A stretch of 34,366 nt of DNA from a virus (lineage: Duplodnaviria; Caudoviricetes). Of the stretch, positions 18,101 to 23,466 are shown one piece after another (within the stretch, counting starts at the first letter, position 1; every line of letters starts with the position of its first letter). The stretch is taken from positions 1 through 34,366 of IMG/VR virus record IMGVR_UViG_3300020161_000598, one strand, 5' to 3'. The translations under genes and the position numbers were made by a program. The notes below the pieces were generated by a model that was given only the letters and a program-made list of their open reading frames with translations, was not told the DNA's origin and searched no databases.

Positions 18101-18112
18101 GTGGGAAGATAA
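6161..18112 (+). CDS. tape measure protein, 3983 aa, with multiple inserted cargo domains
   Basis: Follows the chaperones; RBS AGAGGTG. Ala-rich helical N-terminus of TP901-type TMP character (AMKEGGINASEGANALKSGL), LDINSPSKV motif, hydrophobic segments, coiled coil, and C-terminal YAVGSTYIPQDQIAQLHKGERVLT motif. Confidence 0.92.
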   Translation: MADVQSNIKVSIDTTEALASIKNLQRQISAFHTSMAKGGAAANAVTSQMQQNLINSVNATGKFSAQMRTIKTTTESFTSSLEKNKFSMGEYFRYAGGASKTFGRLFKSEFETINKVARENVKDLQTQYIKMGRDANGAMRAIAVRPLSLDMNDLATKTMIASQKQAILNQLLKQGSTNLLNFGKNTQWAGRQLMVGFTIPLMALGAAASKTFMDMETQAIRFKKVYGDLFTSTKESTAALEEIKLLGKEFTKYGIAVKDTVGLAAEAAAAGFKGVDLQRQTAAATRLSVLGQVESQKALETTIALQNAFSMSSQDLATNIDFLNAVENQTVLSLDDMATAIPKAAPVIQQLGGDVKDLAFFMTAMKEGGINASEGANALKSGLASMINPTGKAAAMLNSLGINIKKIVVDNKGDLKKTVIDFATALNELDPLNRAQAIEQMFGKFQFARLSTLFANVTKEGTQASRVLDLAGSSIQELAALSEKELGMTSQSAMNKFKASVENLKLSLVPVGEEFLKAVTPIAEFVTKILDKFNNLGDGTKKVIVTLTAIVAGLGPVLLMTFGLLMNGLANIIKGFTFMKSLFNKTGQASTTLGTEVKYLNTEQRNAAAVAASLDQVHKKLAQTFTAEAASVDALTRAYQRSVAAQSMFMPTRVPLTMNLPTKRAKGKPAVVGGTGNKDSELALLMPGETVIPKKMSKKYGSLINGMIAGSIPGYEFGKTSIFPFGGKDFNISERSLPGVQRIITEAQSLSGVIGNIDDVIFTSLDRLSTEVGGSAKITAGKLQAALSPITDLARSTYAKQQSYSGNAGVVMAHGLPKTTLTPEQITGLEGLSTGTNFGPRLANRSGGPVTGLSNMVFPMPAGFNQDRMTGAEGAQWIGQNRSRFTSDIAAQAGLDPNDPDLLRFGTAVGKSLKSAAHRGVIVTQDDFEKIISDALEKEIFDVGKNTSTAVKTAFADAKKVSTIMYPEVSKASGRESYPRVAVPTAARGTTVAGVDLAKGSSYKNRAVDPAMNAQADKFTVEAVRARVRQFFTKMHKGVEEEVKKVLDINSPSKVTKKLGNETATGFVHGIKELNDDAKNAGRRIGSEIVGGASQSGRTYRKVTRPQGAAPIGPDMPPGTIPLTIVGMSEKEKQKKRKQRGRQARYANIKKVGAKFGGVQGSVGLMGANMALSAAPDFAGKNIIQSTMTGASMGMLFGPWGAAAGAAIGLVSSAIGELIEKQKIQKAMTEAAFKSSADIAAYFGNEIVNVDTSISNFGVSLGIVGGSLENIGKAFGYTTDELARFNEMVSQLPEGNPLRDLITGLTEESSPEKINKIAQAFVTTQVALGQIKPDQAQKTFDLILASSGKVAMVGSNFIDLKSQTEAVTKTLKDASGSSVTLGTALTQVMAAAANASSLQQLDVILDGVAQSGLSAAEGLGALYYAYIQVGNLQAAQAIQALKRVNGITLEQTGLIMAAVGKGFEAKINPATQGKDLAKAALDFLNDPKIWEKTDSGSVTKKYKELADAQVKSTKEQIKLLKAKKKIIDDEIKKEQKITDELKKQSEYTKTQQDLDQQIVEAKIRGKYIEAASLLQEKQNNTIQFNKEQTISDLQEKSDAIQAQIDAIQAMSDDVVSAINDASADAAAHAASIVAAIGSITFDTTQSGKNSSTAVPVDVSAASRKAWVEQNKPKIWPAGATTEAEGIPVTAADLDPKVAWNDSKQWWDTSQVTGKTKDEFEKYVRFQIQTDLNRLKKDTDFIVVSTVGADGFTYKWKVVKNGDFIRMGDPIPPEVKKAEGGYIKNFKPGGKVKGPGTSKSDSIPAMLSNGEYVIKADSVKKYGVGYFDKLNAQKFGEGSIGGVRPTPSATSSPKTGMTSSFGSVNPSSKPTPTKTNPPKMELWDWKRQWEEANKQVINIPVSPITSNFATNSFSLNKQQRVELQSISKELISAQVKAIIVQGHTDSVGSGKDNKILSQNRANAIAEYMSKFVPGTMFVPIGYGEYRPLAPNTTAENRSKNRRADLILPNKYKTIYPDFEPEKHKFIINLGKLEGPNGIIVGGGMLIDSFNPPKEALKTFGRANGGAVKGFNTGGKILGAGTATSDSIPAYLSNGEYVIKAASVNKYGTETFDALNAGRFHKGGAVGHQHLSPGHMASNYKAPYSGPVFKNADNITPAQRLANANATDAWYKKDGGYYKNSEGKWVEKDPSLWETFTTGENWNSFFGQGYNPHGPIYEKTQKGLFNLLMGSGAYDRMNSGKPLAGGEYATMAANILLARIAGPQASALMRSMIEQVGISKGIPGLGSLLPTGSLSFLGKTGSQIGAKLGLAGAAYAIPNKINQINNYMKVKSLIKDDMWHGSQPTGLRGEEYLQGKNVLDGSETYDPHYGMGFFGTSSKSEAEMYASGYNSSTNWGESFGSLNKITKAPFGKYVDFTKGTNSIKWQDYGLYKALGMEKDGYLGNYLTENLGDIMASQNVTGSIMKRISDGQVPGDMALAKWLAWSKPAGVETEEYLGRRFASDKAPTVLNTLRSKLSSFNALDTTSGVNSVFEEWAQVTINKSLRPDPIQFANILKKSDLRKIFPTLIGSLNTVNKAEVLKTGEMGYLKSGLQLNPLEVRREIFGSLFARRADLLAPTNTAVELSNSWINPFGVFSRSLEEMSPGSLSEKFLFEKLKVSQRDTGIYDKTFALTSKNYASLGMTSEKSYRDAILDSMGFTDSHGGNLFVNPMEKKAGAIDFGRIGESIHSLDIFGGKKALNELNNKYFNRYINLPESERAAYLEGLTKASETLSGIKDTELTDMLRMSGYKNDEITSTSDIYKSYISNVMQAIKMRLSSKKQGWDEDIPKINVNEDWYKTIGASFNAVSKKGKLIKPKNMQKYLSKVLGDVSLPQIVKQDLPPGVSGVYIPRFFDEASNYENLLPHILINSKGKTPLGTAVHENMHHFDLDVLHDSFKKTLTHLRKSGKSNLADEYESVFVTAENIQKGKGKEVFEYYAESLNDLDSIAYSNGTAEAFADEQTFKAYNYFKNSKNFKDKMLASQIGNPYSSSKIGQGLTGYFNTYSQFEQNALQNPIRFNPSFLKGFLENSPNMPAKTKAIYAMWQKGLEKFNIEYDADPSVILNSPEFKSFREYINSSKLNKVKGYKIGGRVKGKGTATSDSIPAYLSDGEYVIKASSVKKYGTDTFDALNAQRFSEGSPGGVKPMTGRRSFKLGAVSGGTYQAMEEIEKLFLLHHGSNPNSSGFAKWSRAFGRVGFNALQGLVSGAVTGKNPVSLLAGTAFGLGEGLVGLAKDGSQYGVKGGSYATPEGAKTRRFSPEEELKRINPKDSGLRILETAGFGGAFGLGLNKLGQFAKWVAPKLGIKVPESMSNAFGPMINSLRPKLEELSQPFSNPFKPRKPKPVIPEAPSSLSPVERSLKDKIAYAATLSMAKINPEVTASRLAQMYPERAAQIRAKLIPNSVLRKNFEEVKKISQPGSPEWEQARFELAISDALMAQQKNNVTPIMDLRTTPAQKLIDENRALPSEIKETVTIGGKEFIFKFTRGRELTSGDLSTVENYLSDLKNAPGREKVIDTGQLRVELLDPMESDRVPAHITYDPISGAVAGRYTDYRYQMMGLSNFLYNKASLMSRIKHSWNLTGMGRGSAQKIGGFMHDDPVEQMYTSMSDLSVLPKFKLPSLPKLNVSTLKEYLGKFTSKLKKPKKTNKTSENTTPIDPRNSDPNWVGGTAWAEQRAQSTIGMQATNLLEYPPLNQEHFRREVVEWYRNAYRTSANFPYGQNGYVDPMAIPELQRIMALENAAPAPNSFAAASSAASSAARAREADHLQRAVDKARQGREFWGGSSPTVATGHHMTDFVNTYLDYIDSGGHLSPIDFIETMYTGVGGVVPNRPSTGAASGGLIKNGRLIKGFAIGGLAQSKMSIPNYKLPSYAVGSTYIPQDQIAQLHKGERVLTAQENKTYSSSAPTTNIININGSDLNKKEIAQAVMVELDRAKSKNNKTNMVGR
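8150..8315 (+). repeat. degenerate copy (R0) of the intra-TMP repeat
   Basis: VVGGTGNKDSELALLMPGETVIPKKMSKKYG aligns with V.G.GT..SDSIPA.LS.GEYVIKA.SV.KYG. Confidence 0.6.
11513..11686 (+). repeat. intra-TMP repeat R1
   Basis: FKPGGKVKGPGTSKSDSIPAMLSNGEYVIKADSVKKYGVGYFDKLNAQKFGEGSIGGV. Confidence 0.92.
11860..12180 (+). other. OmpA C-terminal-like peptidoglycan-binding domain inside TMP
   Basis: F.TNSFSL...IIVQGHTDSVGS...N..LSQNRANAI...GYGEYRPLAPN.TAENRSKNRR matches the OmpA/MotB/Pal consensus. Confidence 0.9.
12365..12535 (+). repeat. intra-TMP repeat R2
   Basis: FNTGGKILGAGTATSDSIPAYLSNGEYVIKAASVNKYGTETFDALNAGRFHKGGAVG. Confidence 0.92.
15530..15703 (+). repeat. intra-TMP repeat R3
   Basis: YKIGGRVKGKGTATSDSIPAYLSDGEYVIKASSVKKYGTDTFDALNAQRFSEGSPGGV. 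Confidence 0.92.
17517..17547 (+). repeat. 12-bp tandem duplication in TMP (CTGCAGCCAGTT x2 + CTGCAGC)
   Basis: Direct read; in-frame, lies within the AAASSAASSAA stretch. Confidence 0.8.
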
Positions 18113-18585
18113 TGGCATATTTAATTGATGCAGGAATACAGATCTCTATTGATGGTAACACTTGGTATAAGCTAACAGATCATAATAGAGATCCCATTGA
18201 TATTTCTACAGAGTTAATTGAAACACAATCCCGCATGGCCAATGGCACAATGAGAAAATATGTTGTTGCTCAAAAAAATAATATTTCCTGTTCTTGGAAA
18301 TATGTTCCATCAAAGCATTCTGAGTGTGTTGATGGTTTTTATAGCGCTGCTTGGCTTGAGTCATTTTATAAGTCTAACGCAGGACTACCTATTTACTTAA
18401 AGATTGTATCTTCAGGACTTAATGTAGACTCAGGCTTTGGATCACAGCCATTAGGAATATTTGTTACAGCACAGAACAGATCTAAAACATATCATGTGTT
18501 TATAACTGATTTTTCTAAAACAATTATTAATAGAACAAAGGTTTCAGACTACGTTGATATGAATATTGAGTTTACGGAGATATAG
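18112..18585 (+). CDS. putative distal tail protein (Dit-like)
   Basis: 157 aa, TAATG-coupled to the TMP stop. RMANGTMRKYVVAQK and C-terminal DMNIEFTEI pattern; canonical position. Confidence 0.7.
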   Translation: MAYLIDAGIQISIDGNTWYKLTDHNRDPIDISTELIETQSRMANGTMRKYVVAQKNNISCSWKYVPSKHSECVDGFYSAAWLESFYKSNAGLPIYLKIVSSGLNVDSGFGSQPLGIFVTAQNRSKTYHVFITDFSKTIINRTKVSDYVDMNIEFTEI

Positions 18586-21500
18586 TGTTAAAAGTAGGAA
18601 CATTAAACTCAACTCAAAGTACTGATATATTTACACAATCAGATTCAATTACTTTACTTCCAGTAGTGTCTGCTGAGTGGAATCATAATTTATTTAATCC
18701 CCCATACATTACAACTGCGGGAACAGGAACAAAGATTTCTGGAACTCCAATAGTTGCATATACTGAAGCAACAACTACTGAAGCAAAAGAAAACTTTACA
18801 ACTAAAAAATTTACAATGTCAGACGGTACTGGATCAGCAGAATACTCAGTATCTGGACTATCTGGAGCAGCATATAAAGTAGTAACATACGTAAAGACTA
18901 ATAGCCCAACACCAGTAATGATTAGCACATATGCAAAGGGGTCTGAATCACAATCTGGTTCCCAACAGGCTGAGGCTACTTCATTAACTTGGACAAAGAT
19001 AGTAACATATGTAGCATCAAGAGAACCAAGCATTGGATTATTTAATTATAAGATTTTGGCAAATACTTTTTCCGAAGAAGTAGAAGATCCAACTATATTC
19101 TTTACTTTGCCAGAGATATATGAAACAACTATATTTGATTATAAAAATGCATCTTTATTTCCAACAGATAGTGTTTTTTCATATTTTAGGCCAGGTGAAT
19201 CATACGTACCTTCAGGTAATGCTAACTGTTCTTTTGCTCCAAGATATAGAAGAATTGCTTCACGGATTAAGGAATCAGAAACAGAAAATACTATATTGGA
19301 TACCAAGTTTGTTGGTAACAAATATATGCCAGTAAGTCCAATTATTCAAAACCCCAGTTTTTTCTTAGCATCTCCAGGATTAAACCCAGATACTGAAGAC
19401 GTAGCACCTAATATTACAGGTAGAGGCACAGTTCTAAAAAGCGCACTGCCTACAGACATTAACCCATATAAGTATTTTGTTTCTGATCCTGCAACCACTA
19501 GCCCTTCATACAATCCAAGCATTACTGCTATTTATGAAAAAGGTTTGGTTACTAATAAATTAGTAATAAAGTTTAACACATTAATGACAATTCCAACTTT
19601 TAACCTATACATAAATGGATCACTGGTTACTGCTACTGTAACAACTGCAGCAACACCACCAGTAACAACTACAACAACAAATTTATCACCACTAGCAAAT
19701 ACTGATTTAGATAATACTGGAGTTATTGTTTTATACTGGACTGGAAGTAACTGGACAACAACACCATGGCCTGCAGATGGATTGCCAAAGTTTCAAACAA
19801 ATGGATCACTAAATAAAACAACAATAATCAATAAGATTAGAATTACTCAGATAAGCCAGACAACTAATTCTGCATTTACTCATGTTTCTAAAAGTGATTC
19901 AGCATCTGCAGACCTAAAGAGAATGCATTTAATAGAGGTGTCACCTAGGCTTGAGGTTGATCTATCAGATTTTGTAACTGGATTAAATTTAGAAAAATCT
20001 TTAGATGGATCAAACACGGTATTACCTATATCTTCAATGAACTCAAACGATCTAAATATAACTTTTTCTGGAATACCAGCAACTAATAATCAATCTATTG
20101 TTCCTATATTTTCAAGCCAAAGTGATAATTCTCTAACAGTTCTTTCTAATATGCTAAGTAACAACATTAAGATTTACGTTAATTTTCACTTAAGTAACAG
20201 TGCTATTCTTGGTACATCTACTACATCTCACTCAAATGTATATATACCAGCAGGAATATTTTACTCAGATTCTTGGCAAGAAAATGATATTAAGGATGTT
20301 ACAGTTCAGGCATACGATATATCTAAATACTTGCAGTCAAAGCCTGCACCAGATTATGTTTCAAATTTAAAAACGGTATTTTCAATAATAACAGACTTAC
20401 TTGATCTTTCTGGGTTTACTGATTATGATTATGACTCACTATATAAAGTATGTAATAACAAGTCACAACCACTTGATATATCTTATTACTATGTTAACTC
20501 AAGAGATAAGACAGTCATTGATGCCCTTAATGATATTTTTCTTGCCTATCAAATTGGTGCATACATTGATGAGTATGGAATAATGAGATTCCTAAGTCTT
20601 TTTGATATTTTATCCAATCCTTCAGCAGGTATTTCTATATCAGAATCAAACATACAGGAAGGTGGAGTTTCAATATCTAGCACGCAAAAGCCAGGGAAGA
20701 TATCATTAAGATTCCAGACACCAAGAATTAAGCAGTCACCATCGCTACAGAACGTAAAAAGTCTTTCCATAAAAGACTCACCTTCATTTATATACACAAC
20801 ATCTAATGACGTTGTGTGGGAGCAACAGTCTGCTGATTCGCTTGGGTTTAATTATTTAAAAGAAGATATGTCATCTGATTCTAATGTTTTAAGTATTAAC
20901 AACAATGATCTACTTGACATATTCCATACTTTTAATATGGATTCTAATGGGTATGTTGTTGTAGAAGGTGAAATTATGTCTTTTCAATATAAAGAGTATG
21001 AGCTTTCTTCTTTGTCAGATGAAGAAAAAATAAAAACCATATCTATTAAAAATAGTATTGAACTGACAGGAGCAATATCTAATTTTATTAAAACAGATAG
21101 TTTGGGACTTAAAACAAATAATACCCAAGAGTTAGTTGAGGGAGTTAGAGAACCTCAAAATAGTGATATATTGATAACACCCACAGGAAACATAACCAAT
21201 GTTCAACGTGGAATGTATGGAACATTACCTACAAACCATTCACGAATATCATCTTTATCAAGCAAAGGATTAATAGAAAAAACAATCAATAGCTCTTTTG
21301 TTTTTTCTTCAAGCACTGGTAAGACTATGATAACAAATAATCATGATCTTATTTCTGGAGTTGCAAATACAAGCATTCCAAATGTTACAAAACTTGGAAT
21401 AATAAGTCAAGGAAGTAGCAATACTAAAGTTGCTGTATGCCCAAATACTGAAACATCTAGATCTTATAAAACATATTCAGTAAAATTTGATATACCAGAT

Positions 21501-22874
21501 CAGGATCAAGCAGCAGCAGGTCTATATATTAATCAAAGCAGTACTGGATCTTTAGAGCCACTATTTATAGAAATGATTAAGTTTAGTACTATTAGCTCAG
21601 AACTTGGTATACCATACGATCCACCACGCTACACCTACATTATGGCTATTTACGACTCAACAACCTTATATGGTTATTGTGATGTAACTTCTCAATGCAA
21701 TAATGCACTAAACAAGCTGCCAAGAATATTTAAGAGCTATCCAAATGCAGTTCCTCCAAACCTTAAATATGGATATGTTTTTGATCCAATTTTTAATCTA
21801 AGAGTTGTTCTTAATAAAACAGATGGTACGGATGGAGAAGATGGTACTATTCTAAATCCAGATACAGCTTTGACTATTTTCTTAAATAATATAGAGATTA
21901 CATCTTGGCAGGTACCTAATACATCATACCTTGGAGGAGAATGGAAAGCCCCTGACGTAAATAAAAGATCTAGAGTTGGACAGAAGCCAAAAGTTCCAGT
22001 TATATATGGAGAATCAAAAAGTTTTGGATTCTATGCATCATCCGTTCCAAGAGCAATACCAGATGTTTCTTATCCTGGATTAACTAGTTCTGGCTCTGTT
22101 GTTGCTAACTTAAGAGAAATACATGCAACAGAAAAGCCATTGATGTCAAGAAATGCAGGATATTTTTATCAAGAAACAGAATTTTTAAATGGTATTGTTC
22201 AAAATCAACCATTGTCTTTAAACTCTTTAAGCTATATAATGCAGACTACTCCAGAAGTCTCAGGAATAACATTTTACGATGTTCAATATTCAACTCCAGC
22301 AGCCGTATCAGTTGATTTTCTTCCTATCCAATATGCAGTAGTTTACCATCCAGGCACTAGCAAAGAACAGCAACAATATGCTTTAAAAAAGATAGTGACA
22401 CAAGAATCAGTTGCATACTCAACACCGTTAAATACAGGATTTAGAGCAAGAATGGCATTAGCTAATAACTCCCCTCACATGGTTCTTTTAACTAACGAGC
22501 CAAACGAAGTTGTTAAAACTAAAGTAAACTTAAAACTTTGGACAAATGAAATTATATCCTCTTCTGAACCTGAAATATTAGAGTTTGTTATTAATGATTC
22601 AAACCAAAATGATGTTGCCCAGCTTGATTCAGAGTGGGTACAATCAAAATTTGCAGGTCAAAGAATGTTGAAGATTGTTAGTGACGCACTAGATGGATTT
22701 TCTACTACTGTAACTGTAAACATCTTTGGAAACCCACTAATTCAAATTGGAGATCCAGTAACCCTGTCTTACAATTTAAACGGTATAGTCAATCAAAAAT
22801 ACGTAGTAACTGCAGTATCCCATAGCTTTGATAATGGCCTAAGCACAAGCCTAACATTGAATAGAATTAAGTAA
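18585..22874 (+). CDS. large tail tip / baseplate hub protein
   Basis: 1429 aa, GTG start overlapping the TAG. GAYIDEYGIMRF and C-terminal FGNPLIQIGDPVTL...YVVTAVSHSF...TSLTL are typical of tail hub/central-tip proteins. Confidence 0.75.
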   Translation: MLKVGTLNSTQSTDIFTQSDSITLLPVVSAEWNHNLFNPPYITTAGTGTKISGTPIVAYTEATTTEAKENFTTKKFTMSDGTGSAEYSVSGLSGAAYKVVTYVKTNSPTPVMISTYAKGSESQSGSQQAEATSLTWTKIVTYVASREPSIGLFNYKILANTFSEEVEDPTIFFTLPEIYETTIFDYKNASLFPTDSVFSYFRPGESYVPSGNANCSFAPRYRRIASRIKESETENTILDTKFVGNKYMPVSPIIQNPSFFLASPGLNPDTEDVAPNITGRGTVLKSALPTDINPYKYFVSDPATTSPSYNPSITAIYEKGLVTNKLVIKFNTLMTIPTFNLYINGSLVTATVTTAATPPVTTTTTNLSPLANTDLDNTGVIVLYWTGSNWTTTPWPADGLPKFQTNGSLNKTTIINKIRITQISQTTNSAFTHVSKSDSASADLKRMHLIEVSPRLEVDLSDFVTGLNLEKSLDGSNTVLPISSMNSNDLNITFSGIPATNNQSIVPIFSSQSDNSLTVLSNMLSNNIKIYVNFHLSNSAILGTSTTSHSNVYIPAGIFYSDSWQENDIKDVTVQAYDISKYLQSKPAPDYVSNLKTVFSIITDLLDLSGFTDYDYDSLYKVCNNKSQPLDISYYYVNSRDKTVIDALNDIFLAYQIGAYIDEYGIMRFLSLFDILSNPSAGISISESNIQEGGVSISSTQKPGKISLRFQTPRIKQSPSLQNVKSLSIKDSPSFIYTTSNDVVWEQQSADSLGFNYLKEDMSSDSNVLSINNNDLLDIFHTFNMDSNGYVVVEGEIMSFQYKEYELSSLSDEEKIKTISIKNSIELTGAISNFIKTDSLGLKTNNTQELVEGVREPQNSDILITPTGNITNVQRGMYGTLPTNHSRISSLSSKGLIEKTINSSFVFSSSTGKTMITNNHDLISGVANTSIPNVTKLGIISQGSSNTKVAVCPNTETSRSYKTYSVKFDIPDQDQAAAGLYINQSSTGSLEPLFIEMIKFSTISSELGIPYDPPRYTYIMAIYDSTTLYGYCDVTSQCNNALNKLPRIFKSYPNAVPPNLKYGYVFDPIFNLRVVLNKTDGTDGEDGTILNPDTALTIFLNNIEITSWQVPNTSYLGGEWKAPDVNKRSRVGQKPKVPVIYGESKSFGFYASSVPRAIPDVSYPGLTSSGSVVANLREIHATEKPLMSRNAGYFYQETEFLNGIVQNQPLSLNSLSYIMQTTPEVSGITFYDVQYSTPAAVSVDFLPIQYAVVYHPGTSKEQQQYALKKIVTQESVAYSTPLNTGFRARMALANNSPHMVLLTNEPNEVVKTKVNLKLWTNEIISSSEPEILEFVINDSNQNDVAQLDSEWVQSKFAGQRMLKIVSDALDGFSTTVTVNIFGNPLIQIGDPVTLSYNLNGIVNQKYVVTAVSHSFDNGLSTSLTLNRIK

Positions 22875-22890
22875 TAGCAGGACCACGGCG

Positions 22891-22899
22891 TGGTATAAT
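22891..22899 (+). promoter_or_regulatory. extended -10 promoter TGgTATAAT
   Basis: Perfect TGnTATAAT in the intergenic gap, followed by RBS AGGAG and ATG 22921. Confidence 0.65.
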
Positions 22900-22920
22900 T
22901 AATAGAATAGGAGATACTAA

Positions 22921-23454
22921 ATGCCATATGTAAAAATATCAGATCCACAGATTATTGACCTTGCTGCTTGGCAAAGCGTTATTAACGTTGTTAATGCTCA
23001 TGATGACAGCATTCTTTCACTGACTAATAATATAGGTAGTGGTTCACCCACACAAATTGACTATAACGGCGATGCTGACTTTGTAAATACCTTTAATCCA
23101 GGAACACAAAAAATACTATACGGAAGAACAAAAATTGTTATGAGCGAGATGAGTGTAGTTCCTAATTCAGAAGGCCAGATAGTTTATAAAACAATAGATT
23201 TTAATCAAGATGGAAGTACAGTTTTTACTGCAAGACCAATGATGACAGCTTCAATACAATTTAATCATTCAACCATTGCATCGCTTAGCGATAGCAACTA
23301 TGACGTAATGTTTAGTCTTTTTAATGTTACTGCAAATAGTTTTAGTTTTAGAATTAATAGGACTGTAGCTAAACCAGATCAGACAACTGGAACAAAACCA
23401 GCTATACCTACTGGTACTTTTTATCTTAATTGGTCAGCACTAGGTCCAAGATAA
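22921..23454 (+). CDS. minor tail protein with C-terminal H-type-lectin/gp53-like beta domain
   Basis: ILYGRT...IDF...FTARPMMTAS...NVTANSFSFRI...LNWSALG pattern; tail module context. Confidence 0.55.
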   Translation: MPYVKISDPQIIDLAAWQSVINVVNAHDDSILSLTNNIGSGSPTQIDYNGDADFVNTFNPGTQKILYGRTKIVMSEMSVVPNSEGQIVYKTIDFNQDGSTVFTARPMMTASIQFNHSTIASLSDSNYDVMFSLFNVTANSFSFRINRTVAKPDQTTGTKPAIPTGTFYLNWSALGPR

Positions 23455-23466
23455 CTTGGTGTCACT

